This document shows, one piece after another, positions 17,901-25,548 of a stretch of 25,548 bases of DNA. The number at the start of each line of letters is the position of its first letter. Positions within the stretch are counted from its first letter, which is position 1. This DNA comes from an uncultured Nitrospiraceae bacterium (GTDB lineage: Bacteria > Nitrospirota > Thermodesulfovibrionia > Thermodesulfovibrionales > Dissulfurispiraceae), in assembly GCA_947085205.1 (NCBI GenBank), contig CAMTVO010000022.1, positions 1 to 25,548 on the forward strand, read 5' to 3'. The position numbers and the translations under genes were made by a program. The notes below the pieces were generated by a model. The model was not told where the DNA came from. It saw only the letters and a program-made list of their open reading frames with translations, and ran no database searches.

Positions 17901-18992
17901 TATCGCCTTGCCTCGGTTTCTGCCTATTTATATATAGACGAAGACAGGATTACGGTCCAAAGGGCTGCAGGAAAGCTTTCCGGAGGAGATGTAATCATAT
18001 CAGGCACTGCATACCTTCAGAGATTTTCGATAAAGAGGTTTTTCTTGGAGTCCCGGTTAAGCGGCATAACGGCATCCGTATCAAAAGATTTTTGGGTCAA
18101 TTTTGACGGAAACCTATATTACAGGGGCACCCTTGAATCGCAAACCCTGCTTGGCGATATTGCGATAAAAAGGGCAAAATACAGCGAGCGGATAGAATGG
18201 AAGAGCTGGCTTTTAAAAGCGCGTCCGAAGGAGAGACCGAAAATCGAGGCCGCAAAAGTCGATAAAACAAATCTGAATGTAAGGGTATCGGGTGCAAACC
18301 TCTTGATAGACAATAATGTTGCAAGGGCATTAATGAAGATGGACTTGCTTCTTAGGGGAACTATAGGCCAGCCGATAATATTAGGCAAAGTCGAGACAAA
18401 AGAGGGAATCGTCTATTTCAGAAACAATGAGTTTAAGGTGTTAAAGGCAAGCGTGGACTTTTCCAATCCGAACCAGATAAATCCGTATTTCGATATCGTG
18501 GCTGAAACAAGGGTCAGGAACTACAATATCAGACTAAACATGGACGGGTATATCGAGCAATTTAATTTAGCGCTCTCCTCTGACCCTGCATTGGAGGAAA
18601 CAGACATCTTCAGCCTGCTTACGGTTGGTCAAATGGGAAAACATTTGAAGGGACTGGAAGGAGGCATCGGCGCAGGAGAAGCCACGTCATTTATAACAGG
18701 CAAATTACAGGATGTGTTGGAAGAAAGGCTGAAGACCATTACGGGATTTGATCGCGTCCAGATAGACCCTTATGTTTCGAAGTCCACCGGAACAGTTACT
18801 CCGAGAGTGACAATAGCTAAGAGACTGTTGGGAGACAAGCTTTATGTAACCTACAGCACAGCAGTAGGCACCGGAGAAGAGCAGGTATTGAAATTGGAAT
18901 ACACATTGGGGAAAAATACATCCCTTGTAGGATTAAGGGATGAAAGAGGCGGCATAGGTGGAGATATTAAGTTCAGGTTCGGGTTCAAATAA
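14997..18992 (+). CDS. tamB: Translocation and assembly module TamB-like protein
   Basis: 1331 aa, N-terminal anchor, long amphipathic beta repeats, DUF490-like C-terminus (LSSDPALEETDIFSLL...LYVTY); adjacent to an Omp85 gene. Confidence 0.88.
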   Translation: MKKRIISIIVLVLILGIFFYALRGPNISNALKKIILPELELITGKKFIAQKMYINIFPLFIEMKDVKAFDDTGNRILTAERAKGYVSVSGLLRKEIILKRLVIKKPDISSNREQTEDIIESVNKYLSEASKMPFKVIIKSVDVTNGGISFHYGNSEVLAEGLNSNIILSHAPRFRVSAKGIKVVRKGIPEFSSMLETFFVLKEKDIEVKSLKIMSHSSEIKASGIFGIETLTGELGTEINLLAESIKRIFGLKNPGEGKVVAKGSVKIDSAKSGISKVFLNLKLKGDMYLETLMELLKVEETLKGHLSFYGEIKGNLNNLQGSAKARLEKGNLFNVMIDSLICNVFYKDGAMRFANGNARLYNGAASVEAMIRLPVVDYYSLKVKAKDVGSKGIFKLIKWDPHIPEGRVSGEMESSGSEFEPHGNFSYVSLPRGRDILDRVKKVDGEFSMKGDEIYFHEMFISTDKSSVLAEGSVDLKKNALSFTGSGATADIKDFSSPYFNALSGPGKFTCAVSGVFKDPIIDMKFASSNMTFSTGELGISDVLKNRKMHFNEAEGVMSYKKNLLTVKNISARSSKEEYKASGHVYFKKARELFELKEPDYDLNVSVKNIDIKTISDIFHGGPQFAGTLNSDFKLYGKPEDIRASGDVHAEKLLLYDTYQVDSANGKVSYAKKEFSSTSLLIKKGGSALNATGMIALDKRFFFNADAKQIKVVDVMPEKFKVQEYKSKILEALLLTDANIKGNGTFDNPNIELKSGINGGSYKGQSVGKGFVKAVLINKHADIDATLLDGKINIKGDADLTDSLPWSAAIELQPARYDFIITNFLKEIPEDLLLNMSGSIKAYGDLNHVNAIATINRVHLYLYGIGFTNSSDIIAQMQDRKLSISALSMKGDATEFRLSGNMTIGKNYDLLLEGSSSLAPLKAISKTIDVVKGNASFVFSVSGDWDKPKINGGMDVNNGTLGFKDIHYRLASVSAYLYIDEDRITVQRAAGKLSGGDVIISGTAYLQRFSIKRFFLESRLSGITASVSKDFWVNFDGNLYYRGTLESQTLLGDIAIKRAKYSERIEWKSWLLKARPKERPKIEAAKVDKTNLNVRVSGANLLIDNNVARALMKMDLLLRGTIGQPIILGKVETKEGIVYFRNNEFKVLKASVDFSNPNQINPYFDIVAETRVRNYNIRLNMDGYIEQFNLALSSDPALEETDIFSLLTVGQMGKHLKGLEGGIGAGEATSFITGKLQDVLEERLKTITGFDRVQIDPYVSKSTGTVTPRVTIAKRLLGDKLYVTYSTAVGTGEEQVLKLEYTLGKNTSLVGLRDERGGIGGDIKFRFGFK

Positions 18993-21687
18993 AAAACCGG
19001 GCGATAGGCTATGGGCTATAGTTAAATTATTTTTCATTTTGACATTGCCTATCGCCTATTGCCTATCGCCTATCGCAGTTTCTTCTCAGCCTATTGCCGA
19101 CATTGAGGTGACAGGTCTTCATTCCATTTCCGAAGACGAGCTTTTGTATCTTTTAAATATTAACACGGGTAAACCGCTGGATAGGGCTGGTCTAAAGGCT
19201 GGCATCAAAAGGGCCTTTTTAAAGGGCATATTTGAAGACATTGTTGTGGAAAGCATTAATGATGCAGCCCCGAGAATTAGAATAACGGTCAAGGAAAAAG
19301 ATGTTGTAGAGTCGATAAGTATCGAAGGTAACGACTACTTTTCCGCCAGATTTATAAAAAAACAGTTTGGCATAGATAAAGGAGAAAGGCTAAGCGCCTT
19401 AAAGCTGAAAAAGGCCGAAGAATCACTGAAAAGAGAATTAAAGAAAAAAGGGTTCGTCAATGCAGATATTGCGTATAACATAATCCACAAAAAGGATAAC
19501 AAGGTTTCTTTGATTATCAAAGTTACGGAAGGTCAGCCTGAAATCATTAAGAAGATATTAATTTCAGAACCGGAGGATATTGTAAGGTCATATTTAAGGT
19601 TTTCGGAAGGGGACATATTCGACAGTACCGAGATGGAGCGTTTGTCAAAAAAGGTATCTCAATACTATAAAGAGCGAGGATATATTAAGACAGCGCTTGA
19701 GTATTCGTATGAAAACGGAACACTCAATATAAAGCTTTATATGGGCAAAAAACTGGTCATTTCATTTGACGGCAATACTGCCGTGCAATCAAAAATATTA
19801 ATGAAAGAAGCGCCGTTTTTTGAAATAAATGAATTCAGCGATGACCTTGTCGAAGAGACAACAGCAAGGATAATAACCCTGTACCGCCAATACGGCTACC
19901 CTTTTGCTCAAGTTGCACCGGTAATATCCGATTCTGAGGATAGCATCTCTCTGGAATTTTTTATATTCGAGGGCAACAGGCATGTGGTGGATTCCGTTAT
20001 ATTTGAAGGTATTCGAGAGAGTCTTACCATGCCGCAGGAGAGACTGAAAGACATTCTAACATTGAGGGCAGGGGGCTATTATAATCCCGATGTGCTGGAA
20101 TCGGATATGGAGACTATAACAGAATTTTACCATGCCCTTGGCTATCTTTATGTCGAGCTTCAGGAGCCGGAGATAAAAATTACAGACAACAGGGTCGAAA
20201 TAAGATTCTTTATAAAAGAAGGCCCTCAGGTTAAACTGTCCAAAATATCCATAAAAAACAACAAACAGATAAAAGAGAGCGAGATATTAAAAGAACTGCG
20301 TGTAAAAGAAGGGGATCCATACAATGAAGTGGATATATCGGACTCAAGAAGGAAGATACTCGAAGTTTATAACAGACGTGGTTTTCTTGATACTGCAGTC
20401 GCTGTAGAAAGGGAGATATCAGACTCGTCCGCAAATATAACCTTTAGTATACATGAAGGCGATATTACATTATTCGGCAAGTCTATAATCATAGGTAACG
20501 AGCAGACAAAATATCGTGTCATAAAAAGAGAACTCCTGCATAAAGAAGACAATCCGTTAAATTACAGTCTTGCGCTTCAGGAAAGACAGAGGCTTTACAG
20601 ACTGGGCCTGTTTACAGATGTGGAGGCAAGGCTTTCAGACAAAGAAGGCGCTCAAAGGGATGTGCTGTATAAGGTGAATGAGGCCAGCGCCGGAGCGGTG
20701 GAGTTCGGGTTAGGTTATGCAGAATACGAAGGACTGAGGGGCTTTTTCGATGTCAGCTATAAAAACTTATGGGGAATGAACAGGCAGGCATCGTTCAGGA
20801 CAGAATTGAGTACACTGGAAAGAAGGTTCATGCTTTCGTATTACGAGCCGCGGTTCATGGAGAAGGATTTGGCATTCAAGGCGTTGCTCCTCCACGAAGA
20901 CAGGAAGGAAAAAAGCATAGACAGTGGAGATATACGCTATAGGATAAGAAGGGACACGGCAAGCGCCGGAATCGAGAAGAAACTCGGCGAAACCATGAAG
21001 GTCGAACTCTATTACGACCTTTCTATCGTAAAAACAAGAGAGATAAAACCCGACATAGTGCTGAGCAAGGAAGATATAGGCACCCTTATTATAAGCGGGC
21101 TGCGGCCGGGATTAATCTACGACACCAGAGACAATCCGTTTGAACCGAAAAGCGGACTGCTTGCAGGTCTCTCCTTCAAAGTGGCTTCCGGAGCATTATT
21201 ATCGGAAACAGATTTTGCAAAGATATTGATGTATGTAAACAAATATCATAGCCTTAGCAAGAGAGTCGTCCTTGCAGCGTCTTTAAGGGGAGGGGCGGCG
21301 AAAGGATTCGGCAATACAAGAGAACTGCCTATAGTCGAGAGGTTCTTCCTCGGCGGAAGAACTACTATCAGAGGATATGAGCAGGATACGCTTGGACCTA
21401 AAGGAACGGACGGAACGCCGACAGGAGGGAATGCTTTCATAATGGGTAATATCGAATTCAGAAACGATGTTGGGAAAGGTTTTGGATTGGTAGCTTTTCT
21501 TGACGGCGGAAATGTATGGGAAAAAATGGAGGGTGTAGATATAACAAAACTCAAATACACCACTGGTCTGGGATTAAGATATAATACGCCGGTAGGACCA
21601 TTCAGATTGGACTACGGTTATAAACTGGACAGAGAAATAGGAGAAAGCAAGAGTGAAATACACTTCAGCATCGGACATGCGTTTTAA
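18958..21687 (+). CDS. Omp85-family outer membrane assembly factor (BamA/TamA-like) with multiple POTRA domains
   Basis: Repeated POTRA motifs (IEGN...GY/F), YDTRDN, ERFFLGG-TIRGY, GLGLRYNTPVGPFRLDYG, C-terminal SIGHAF. Start codon uncertain (GTG overlapping tamB). Confidence 0.93.
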   Translation: MEILSSGSGSNKKPGDRLWAIVKLFFILTLPIAYCLSPIAVSSQPIADIEVTGLHSISEDELLYLLNINTGKPLDRAGLKAGIKRAFLKGIFEDIVVESINDAAPRIRITVKEKDVVESISIEGNDYFSARFIKKQFGIDKGERLSALKLKKAEESLKRELKKKGFVNADIAYNIIHKKDNKVSLIIKVTEGQPEIIKKILISEPEDIVRSYLRFSEGDIFDSTEMERLSKKVSQYYKERGYIKTALEYSYENGTLNIKLYMGKKLVISFDGNTAVQSKILMKEAPFFEINEFSDDLVEETTARIITLYRQYGYPFAQVAPVISDSEDSISLEFFIFEGNRHVVDSVIFEGIRESLTMPQERLKDILTLRAGGYYNPDVLESDMETITEFYHALGYLYVELQEPEIKITDNRVEIRFFIKEGPQVKLSKISIKNNKQIKESEILKELRVKEGDPYNEVDISDSRRKILEVYNRRGFLDTAVAVEREISDSSANITFSIHEGDITLFGKSIIIGNEQTKYRVIKRELLHKEDNPLNYSLALQERQRLYRLGLFTDVEARLSDKEGAQRDVLYKVNEASAGAVEFGLGYAEYEGLRGFFDVSYKNLWGMNRQASFRTELSTLERRFMLSYYEPRFMEKDLAFKALLLHEDRKEKSIDSGDIRYRIRRDTASAGIEKKLGETMKVELYYDLSIVKTREIKPDIVLSKEDIGTLIISGLRPGLIYDTRDNPFEPKSGLLAGLSFKVASGALLSETDFAKILMYVNKYHSLSKRVVLAASLRGGAAKGFGNTRELPIVERFFLGGRTTIRGYEQDTLGPKGTDGTPTGGNAFIMGNIEFRNDVGKGFGLVAFLDGGNVWEKMEGVDITKLKYTTGLGLRYNTPVGPFRLDYGYKLDREIGESKSEIHFSIGHAF
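19000..19076. repeat. Inverted 7-bp arrays in the Omp85 signal-peptide region
   Basis: GGCGATA GGCTATG GGCTATA (19000-19020); CATTGCC TATCGCC TATTGCC TATCGCC TATCGC (19043-19076). Confidence 0.9.
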
Positions 21688-22222
21688 AGACCGTAATGCG
21701 TTATCCGTAATGCGTAACAAGTTAAAGACACTTCTGATCTTTTGCTCTATTTTACTCATCACTCATTACGCATCACACGTTACGTGTTATGCTGAAATAA
21801 TCGACAGGGTGGTTGCATATGTGGATGATACTGCCATTACATTTTCGGAGTTTCTGGAAAATTATGAAAAAATGAAAAAGACTGTAGCGGATATAAAGAA
21901 AGAAGAGGTTATCAATTCGATGATTAACCGGCTACTCCTCCTGAAAGAAGCAAAGAAGATAAAGCTTGAAGCCCCCACGGATGATGAAGTTCTAAAAGAT
22001 TATATCGACATTAAAATCGGGGCGTTAATCCTTATAAAAGAACATGCTATCGGACAGTTCTATGCCGAGCACATAAATGAATTCAAAGGGCGGAATTATT
22101 TGTCTGTCAGGGATGAGATAGAAAAATACCTATTTGAGATGGAGACGAATAAGCAGTTGAAAAAGCACCTTGAAGAATTAAGGGCAAATGCAGAGGTAAA
22201 GATACAGCTTAAAAATAAATAA
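21677..22222 (+). CDS. SurA N-terminal-domain-like periplasmic chaperone (no PPIase domain)
   Basis: AEIIDRVVAYVDDTAIT, MINRLLLLKEAKK, C-terminal LEELRANAEVKI. Start could be 21653, 21677 or 21710. Confidence 0.8.
   Translation: MRFKDRNALSVMRNKLKTLLIFCSILLITHYASHVTCYAEIIDRVVAYVDDTAITFSEFLENYEKMKKTVADIKKEEVINSMINRLLLLKEAKKIKLEAPTDDEVLKDYIDIKIGALILIKEHAIGQFYAEHINEFKGRNYLSVRDEIEKYLFEMETNKQLKKHLEELRANAEVKIQLKNK
21691..21786. repeat. Inverted 7-bp arrays in the SurA-like signal-peptide region
   Basis: CCGTAAT GCGTTAT CCGTAAT GCGTAAC (21691-21718); TTACTCA TCACTCA TTACGCA TCACACG TTACGTG (21752-21786). Confidence 0.9.
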
Positions 22223-22661
22223 TCACTGCATGCTCGTCGCATTCCGGGAATTTCGGACATCTCAGACAATCGCCCCATATTTTGTGTGGCAGTTTTGTCT
22301 TGTCTATTTCGGAGAAACCAAGTTTTTTAAAGAAATCGGCCTGATATGTGAGGGCGAAAACCCTTTTTATTCCGAGTCCTTTTGCATCCTTTAAACATCT
22401 CTTTACAAGGCTCTTGCCGATCCCGAGCCGTTGGTACTCCCTTTTTACTGCAAGAGACCTTATTTCAGCGAGGTCTTCCCATAAGACATGCAGGGCGCAG
22501 ACACCTTTGATTATTCCTTTTTCTTCATATACAAAAAAATCCCTAACTCCCTCGTATAGGTCATTGAGCGCCCTAGGAAGCATCTCCTCTTTTTTTGCAA
22601 ATTCATTTACGAACTTGTGAATCTGCTTTATATCAGTTATCTTTGCCTTTCTTATCTTCAA
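22209..22661 (-). CDS. argA: GNAT N-acetyltransferase, short amino-acid acetyltransferase (ArgA-like)
   Basis: MLPR, WEDLAEIRSLAV, QRLGIG, VFALTY, LPHKIWGDCLRCPKFPECDE. Confidence 0.82.
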   Translation of the reverse strand: MKIRKAKITDIKQIHKFVNEFAKKEEMLPRALNDLYEGVRDFFVYEEKGIIKGVCALHVLWEDLAEIRSLAVKREYQRLGIGKSLVKRCLKDAKGLGIKRVFALTYQADFFKKLGFSEIDKTKLPHKIWGDCLRCPKFPECDEHAVIIYF

Positions 22662-23190
22662 ATAATAAGTATCCTTTCTTTATCAAGACCTTGTTCATAT
22701 TGGCAGAGTTTTTTCTATGGGAAGGCGTTATCTCATCAATAGCCTGAATTATAGAATCAATGCTCAAGACGCGGGTAAGGCTTGCAAATGCGCCCATCAT
22801 GAACATATTGGAGTATTTTGTGCTTTTTAAAGATGCTGACATTTCTGTTGCAGGAACTCCTACGATTTTAATATCAGTCCTGAGTTCCTTAACATTAATT
22901 AAGGATGAATCATAGATTAATAAGCCGCCCGCCAAAACCCTTTCTGAAAAGCGTTTGTAAGACGCCTCATTCATTGCTATGAGAATATCCGGATTTCTTA
23001 TGACAGGGGAGCCTATCATTTCATCCGAGACAATTACAGTGCAGTTTGCAGTGCCGCCCCGCATCTCTGCGCCGTATGACGGAAAACAGGTAACTTTTTT
23101 GCCTTCAACCATTCCTGAGCATGCTATAAGCTTTCCAAGAAACAGGATACCCTGACCGCCTGAGCCGGCAATAATTATTCTGTTTTCCAT
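22633..23190 (-). CDS. 2-oxoacid:ferredoxin oxidoreductase gamma subunit
   Basis: IAGSGGQG, PSYGAEMRGGTANCTV, NMFMMGA. Confidence 0.93.
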   Translation of the reverse strand: MENRIIIAGSGGQGILFLGKLIACSGMVEGKKVTCFPSYGAEMRGGTANCTVIVSDEMIGSPVIRNPDILIAMNEASYKRFSERVLAGGLLIYDSSLINVKELRTDIKIVGVPATEMSASLKSTKYSNMFMMGAFASLTRVLSIDSIIQAIDEITPSHRKNSANMNKVLIKKGYLLFEDKKGKDN

Positions 23191-23921
23191 CTGTCTTTGA
23201 GAACTCCCAGTTTGTAGACATCCATCATCCTATCTCTCATCCAGTCGATAGCCTTATCAGGAGCCATCCACCAGTCTGTGGGGCAGGGGGATAAGATTTC
23301 GACCATGCTGAATCCTTTGCCTTCGATTTGATATCTGAATGCCTTTTCTATCAATTTTTTTGTGGTTGTAAGATTCTTAAAGGAATCAACAGATGTTCTT
23401 GCAATAAAAGATACACCATCAATAGTGGCAAGCATTTCAGACACATGCAGTGGATAACCTGATGCCTTAATATCCCTACCCATAGGTGTTGTGGTGGTTT
23501 TTTGCTCAAGTAAAGTAGTTGGCGCCATCTGTCCGCCTGTCATTCCGTAGGTGGCATTATTCACAAAAAAGACCGTGATATTTTCACCTCTGTTTGCTGC
23601 ATGGATAATCTCTGCAGTGCCGATTGCAGCTAAGTCTCCATCCCCCTGGTAAGAGAAGACAATCTTGTCTGGAAGGGTGCGTTTCATGCCTGTTGCTGCA
23701 GCAGGCGGTCTTCCGTGAGCAACCTCTATCATATCAATATCGAAATAATCATAAGCGAATACAGCGCATCCTACCGGAGCGATACCTATGGTTTTTCCCT
23801 GAATTCCGAGCTTGTCTATGATCTCTGCTATCAGTCTGTGAATGAGGCTGTGTCCGCAGCCCGGACAATAGCGGAAAGGCGTCTCTTTAAGGCTCTTCGG
23901 CCTTTCAAATACCTTTTTCAT
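23175..23921 (-). CDS. 2-oxoacid:ferredoxin oxidoreductase beta subunit (TPP-binding)
   Basis: YCPGCGH, APVGC, HGR, YQGDGD...NN.YGMTGGQ, SPCPT. Confidence 0.94.
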   Translation of the reverse strand: MKKVFERPKSLKETPFRYCPGCGHSLIHRLIAEIIDKLGIQGKTIGIAPVGCAVFAYDYFDIDMIEVAHGRPPAAATGMKRTLPDKIVFSYQGDGDLAAIGTAEIIHAANRGENITVFFVNNATYGMTGGQMAPTTLLEQKTTTTPMGRDIKASGYPLHVSEMLATIDGVSFIARTSVDSFKNLTTTKKLIEKAFRYQIEGKGFSMVEILSPCPTDWWMAPDKAIDWMRDRMMDVYKLGVLKDRWKTE

Positions 23922-23931
23922 AACAGTTAAA

Positions 23932-23942
23932 ATTATAACACA
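23932..23942 (-). promoter_or_regulatory. Extended -10 element TGTGTTATAAT, 10 nt before the beta-subunit ATG
   Basis: + strand ATTATAACACA; no SD between it and ATG 23921. Confidence 0.5.
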
Positions 23943-23995
23943 TGATAACTTATTATCGCTCCTTCCGATAATAGTGAAGCTAGGCGCTCCTTACT

Positions 23996-25548
23996 TTATT
24001 CTATTTTATGGAAGATATTAACGACTTCTTTGACTGTGTGTTCAATCGAAACCTTTTTAGCCTCTTTGGTACGACGGTTTTTTATCTCGATCTGATTGTC
24101 TTTCAATGCCTTTTCGCCAAGGATAATATGGACAGGTATCCCTACAAGATCTGCGTCTTTGAATTTAACGCCGGGTCTCTCATCCCTATCGTCGATTAGA
24201 ACCTCAATGCCATTTTCCGTAAGGCCTTTATAAAGTATATCCAGAACTTCCATTGTTTTATTGTCATTAACATTCAATGGGATTACTTCTATATCGAAAG
24301 GAGCGATGCTTTTGGGCCATATGATACCGTCCTTGTCGTAATTCTGCTCTATTGCAGCGGCAGCAATCCTTGCAGGGCCGATTCCGTAGCTTCCCATAAT
24401 CATCGGCTTTTCCTGTCCATTTTTATCAAGATATACGGCATTTAAAGGCAAAGAGTATTTTGTCCCAAGTTTAAAAATATTTCCTATTTCAATGACTTTT
24501 TCTATCCTAATTAAGGTGTTACATTGAGGACAAAAATCCCCCTCCTTTGCTATATGAAGGTCATGCCACTCTGCATTAAAGTGGATATCCGGCTTAACTC
24601 CTTTTATGTGATAGTCAATTTTATTAGCGCCTGCCACATAAGCTCCTTCTTTAAGGGAGGAGTCTGCCAATATGCGTATTTTGTGTCCCATAGGGCCTAT
24701 AAAACCCACTTCTACGCCAAGTATGGACAGTACTTCTTCCTTTAAAGCGGTCCTGAATTGCCCGATTATCCTCGTTAGTTTCTTTTCATGAAGCTCCAGA
24801 TCTCCCCGGATAAGTACGAGTACAGGGCCTTCAGCAGCCATAACCAACAGGCTCTTGATAAAATAGGCCGGCTCTATATTCAAGAAATCGGATACCTCTT
24901 TTACAGTCCTTTTCTGTGGCGTATGAACCTCTTCACACTTCCAATCGAGGTTTTTAATTGAGGGCGGAATAGAATGTGCCACTTCAACATTTGCAGTATA
25001 TCCGCACGTGTCGCACAAAACAATATCATCCTCACCAGCAAGGCTGGGAGCCATAAACTCATGGGCAGTTGCTCCACCCATCATACCGGGATCTGACTCC
25101 ACCTGATAAAACCTGAGGCCGCATCTCTTAAATATCCTGTGGTAAGCATCTGCATGGAGCTTATAGTTTTTTTCAAGCGATTCTTCATCTGCATCGAAGC
25201 TATAGCTATCTTTCATTATAAATTCCCTTGTCCTTAAGATGCCGCTTTTAGGCCTTGCCTCATCTCTTAGCTTTGTCTGTATCTGGTACCATATCTGGGG
25301 TAGGTCTCTGTAAGAACGTATCTCCTTTGAGGCAAGCCATGTCATTATCTCTTCATGCGTCATCCCAAGGCACAAGTCTCTATCTGTTCTGTCCTTTAAA
25401 CGAAACATCTCTTCTTTTATGTCGTACCAGCGGCCTGTCTTCTGCCATATCTCAGCAGGGTGAAGGATAGGCATGGATATCTCTTGTGCTCCTATAGATT
25501 CCATTTCTTCTTTAAGTATTCTGTTGATGTTGTTTAAAACCCTCCAGC
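23996..25548 (-). CDS. proS: Proline--tRNA ligase (bacterial type with editing domain), 5'-truncated by the window
   Basis: GMTHEE, QTKLRDEARP, REFIMKDSYSF, IEIGNIFKLGTKYS, MGSYGIG, DDRDERPGVKFKDADLVG; frame open to the right edge. Confidence 0.97.
   Translation of the reverse strand, partial: WRVLNNINRILKEEMESIGAQEISMPILHPAEIWQKTGRWYDIKEEMFRLKDRTDRDLCLGMTHEEIMTWLASKEIRSYRDLPQIWYQIQTKLRDEARPKSGILRTREFIMKDSYSFDADEESLEKNYKLHADAYHRIFKRCGLRFYQVESDPGMMGGATAHEFMAPSLAGEDDIVLCDTCGYTANVEVAHSIPPSIKNLDWKCEEVHTPQKRTVKEVSDFLNIEPAYFIKSLLVMAAEGPVLVLIRGDLELHEKKLTRIIGQFRTALKEEVLSILGVEVGFIGPMGHKIRILADSSLKEGAYVAGANKIDYHIKGVKPDIHFNAEWHDLHIAKEGDFCPQCNTLIRIEKVIEIGNIFKLGTKYSLPLNAVYLDKNGQEKPMIMGSYGIGPARIAAAAIEQNYDKDGIIWPKSIAPFDIEVIPLNVNDNKTMEVLDILYKGLTENGIEVLIDDRDERPGVKFKDADLVGIPVHIILGEKALKDNQIEIKNRRTKEAKKVSIEHTVKEVVNIFHKIE

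Noticed and set aside
23932..23988. attC-like site (TATAAC ... GCTAGGC around an inverted repeat)
   Set aside because: End boxes are not complementary, the GTT core is missing, and there is no cassette context.
493..25470. Numerous 60-220 aa track ORFs antisense to or overlapping the called genes
   Set aside because: They are shadows of well-supported genes and carry no motifs of their own.

Overview
Mostly housekeeping DNA from an anaerobe. The gene set suggests a Nitrospirota/Thermodesulfovibrionia-like organism (inference only). Gene order: rubredoxin and a ferritin-like protein (+); uvrA-apbE-yacG-dapB operon (-); a tyrosine-integrase fragment cut by an IS21 remnant; a DUF3108-like gene; a selenocysteine formate dehydrogenase alpha subunit, a cNMP-binding protein and fhs (-); glnD, tamB, Omp85 and a SurA-N-like gene (+); argA-like GNAT, 2-oxoacid:ferredoxin oxidoreductase gamma and beta, and partial proS (-). 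Two signals are not explained by the ORF track. (1) The first ~250 nt fold like an IS110 bridge RNA (stem-loop plus two guide-type internal loops) upstream of a gene that runs off the left edge. One loop strand matches the adjacent rubredoxin Shine-Dalgarno/ATG at 10/12 nt, which suggests an RNA-guided element targeting translation-initiation sites. (2) Seven degenerate 7-bp tandem arrays of at least five unit sequences occur, five as inverted pairs. Together with GC-rich mini-palindromes they sit in-frame in uvrA, glnD, apbE and two signal peptides, and are sometimes nested in each other.
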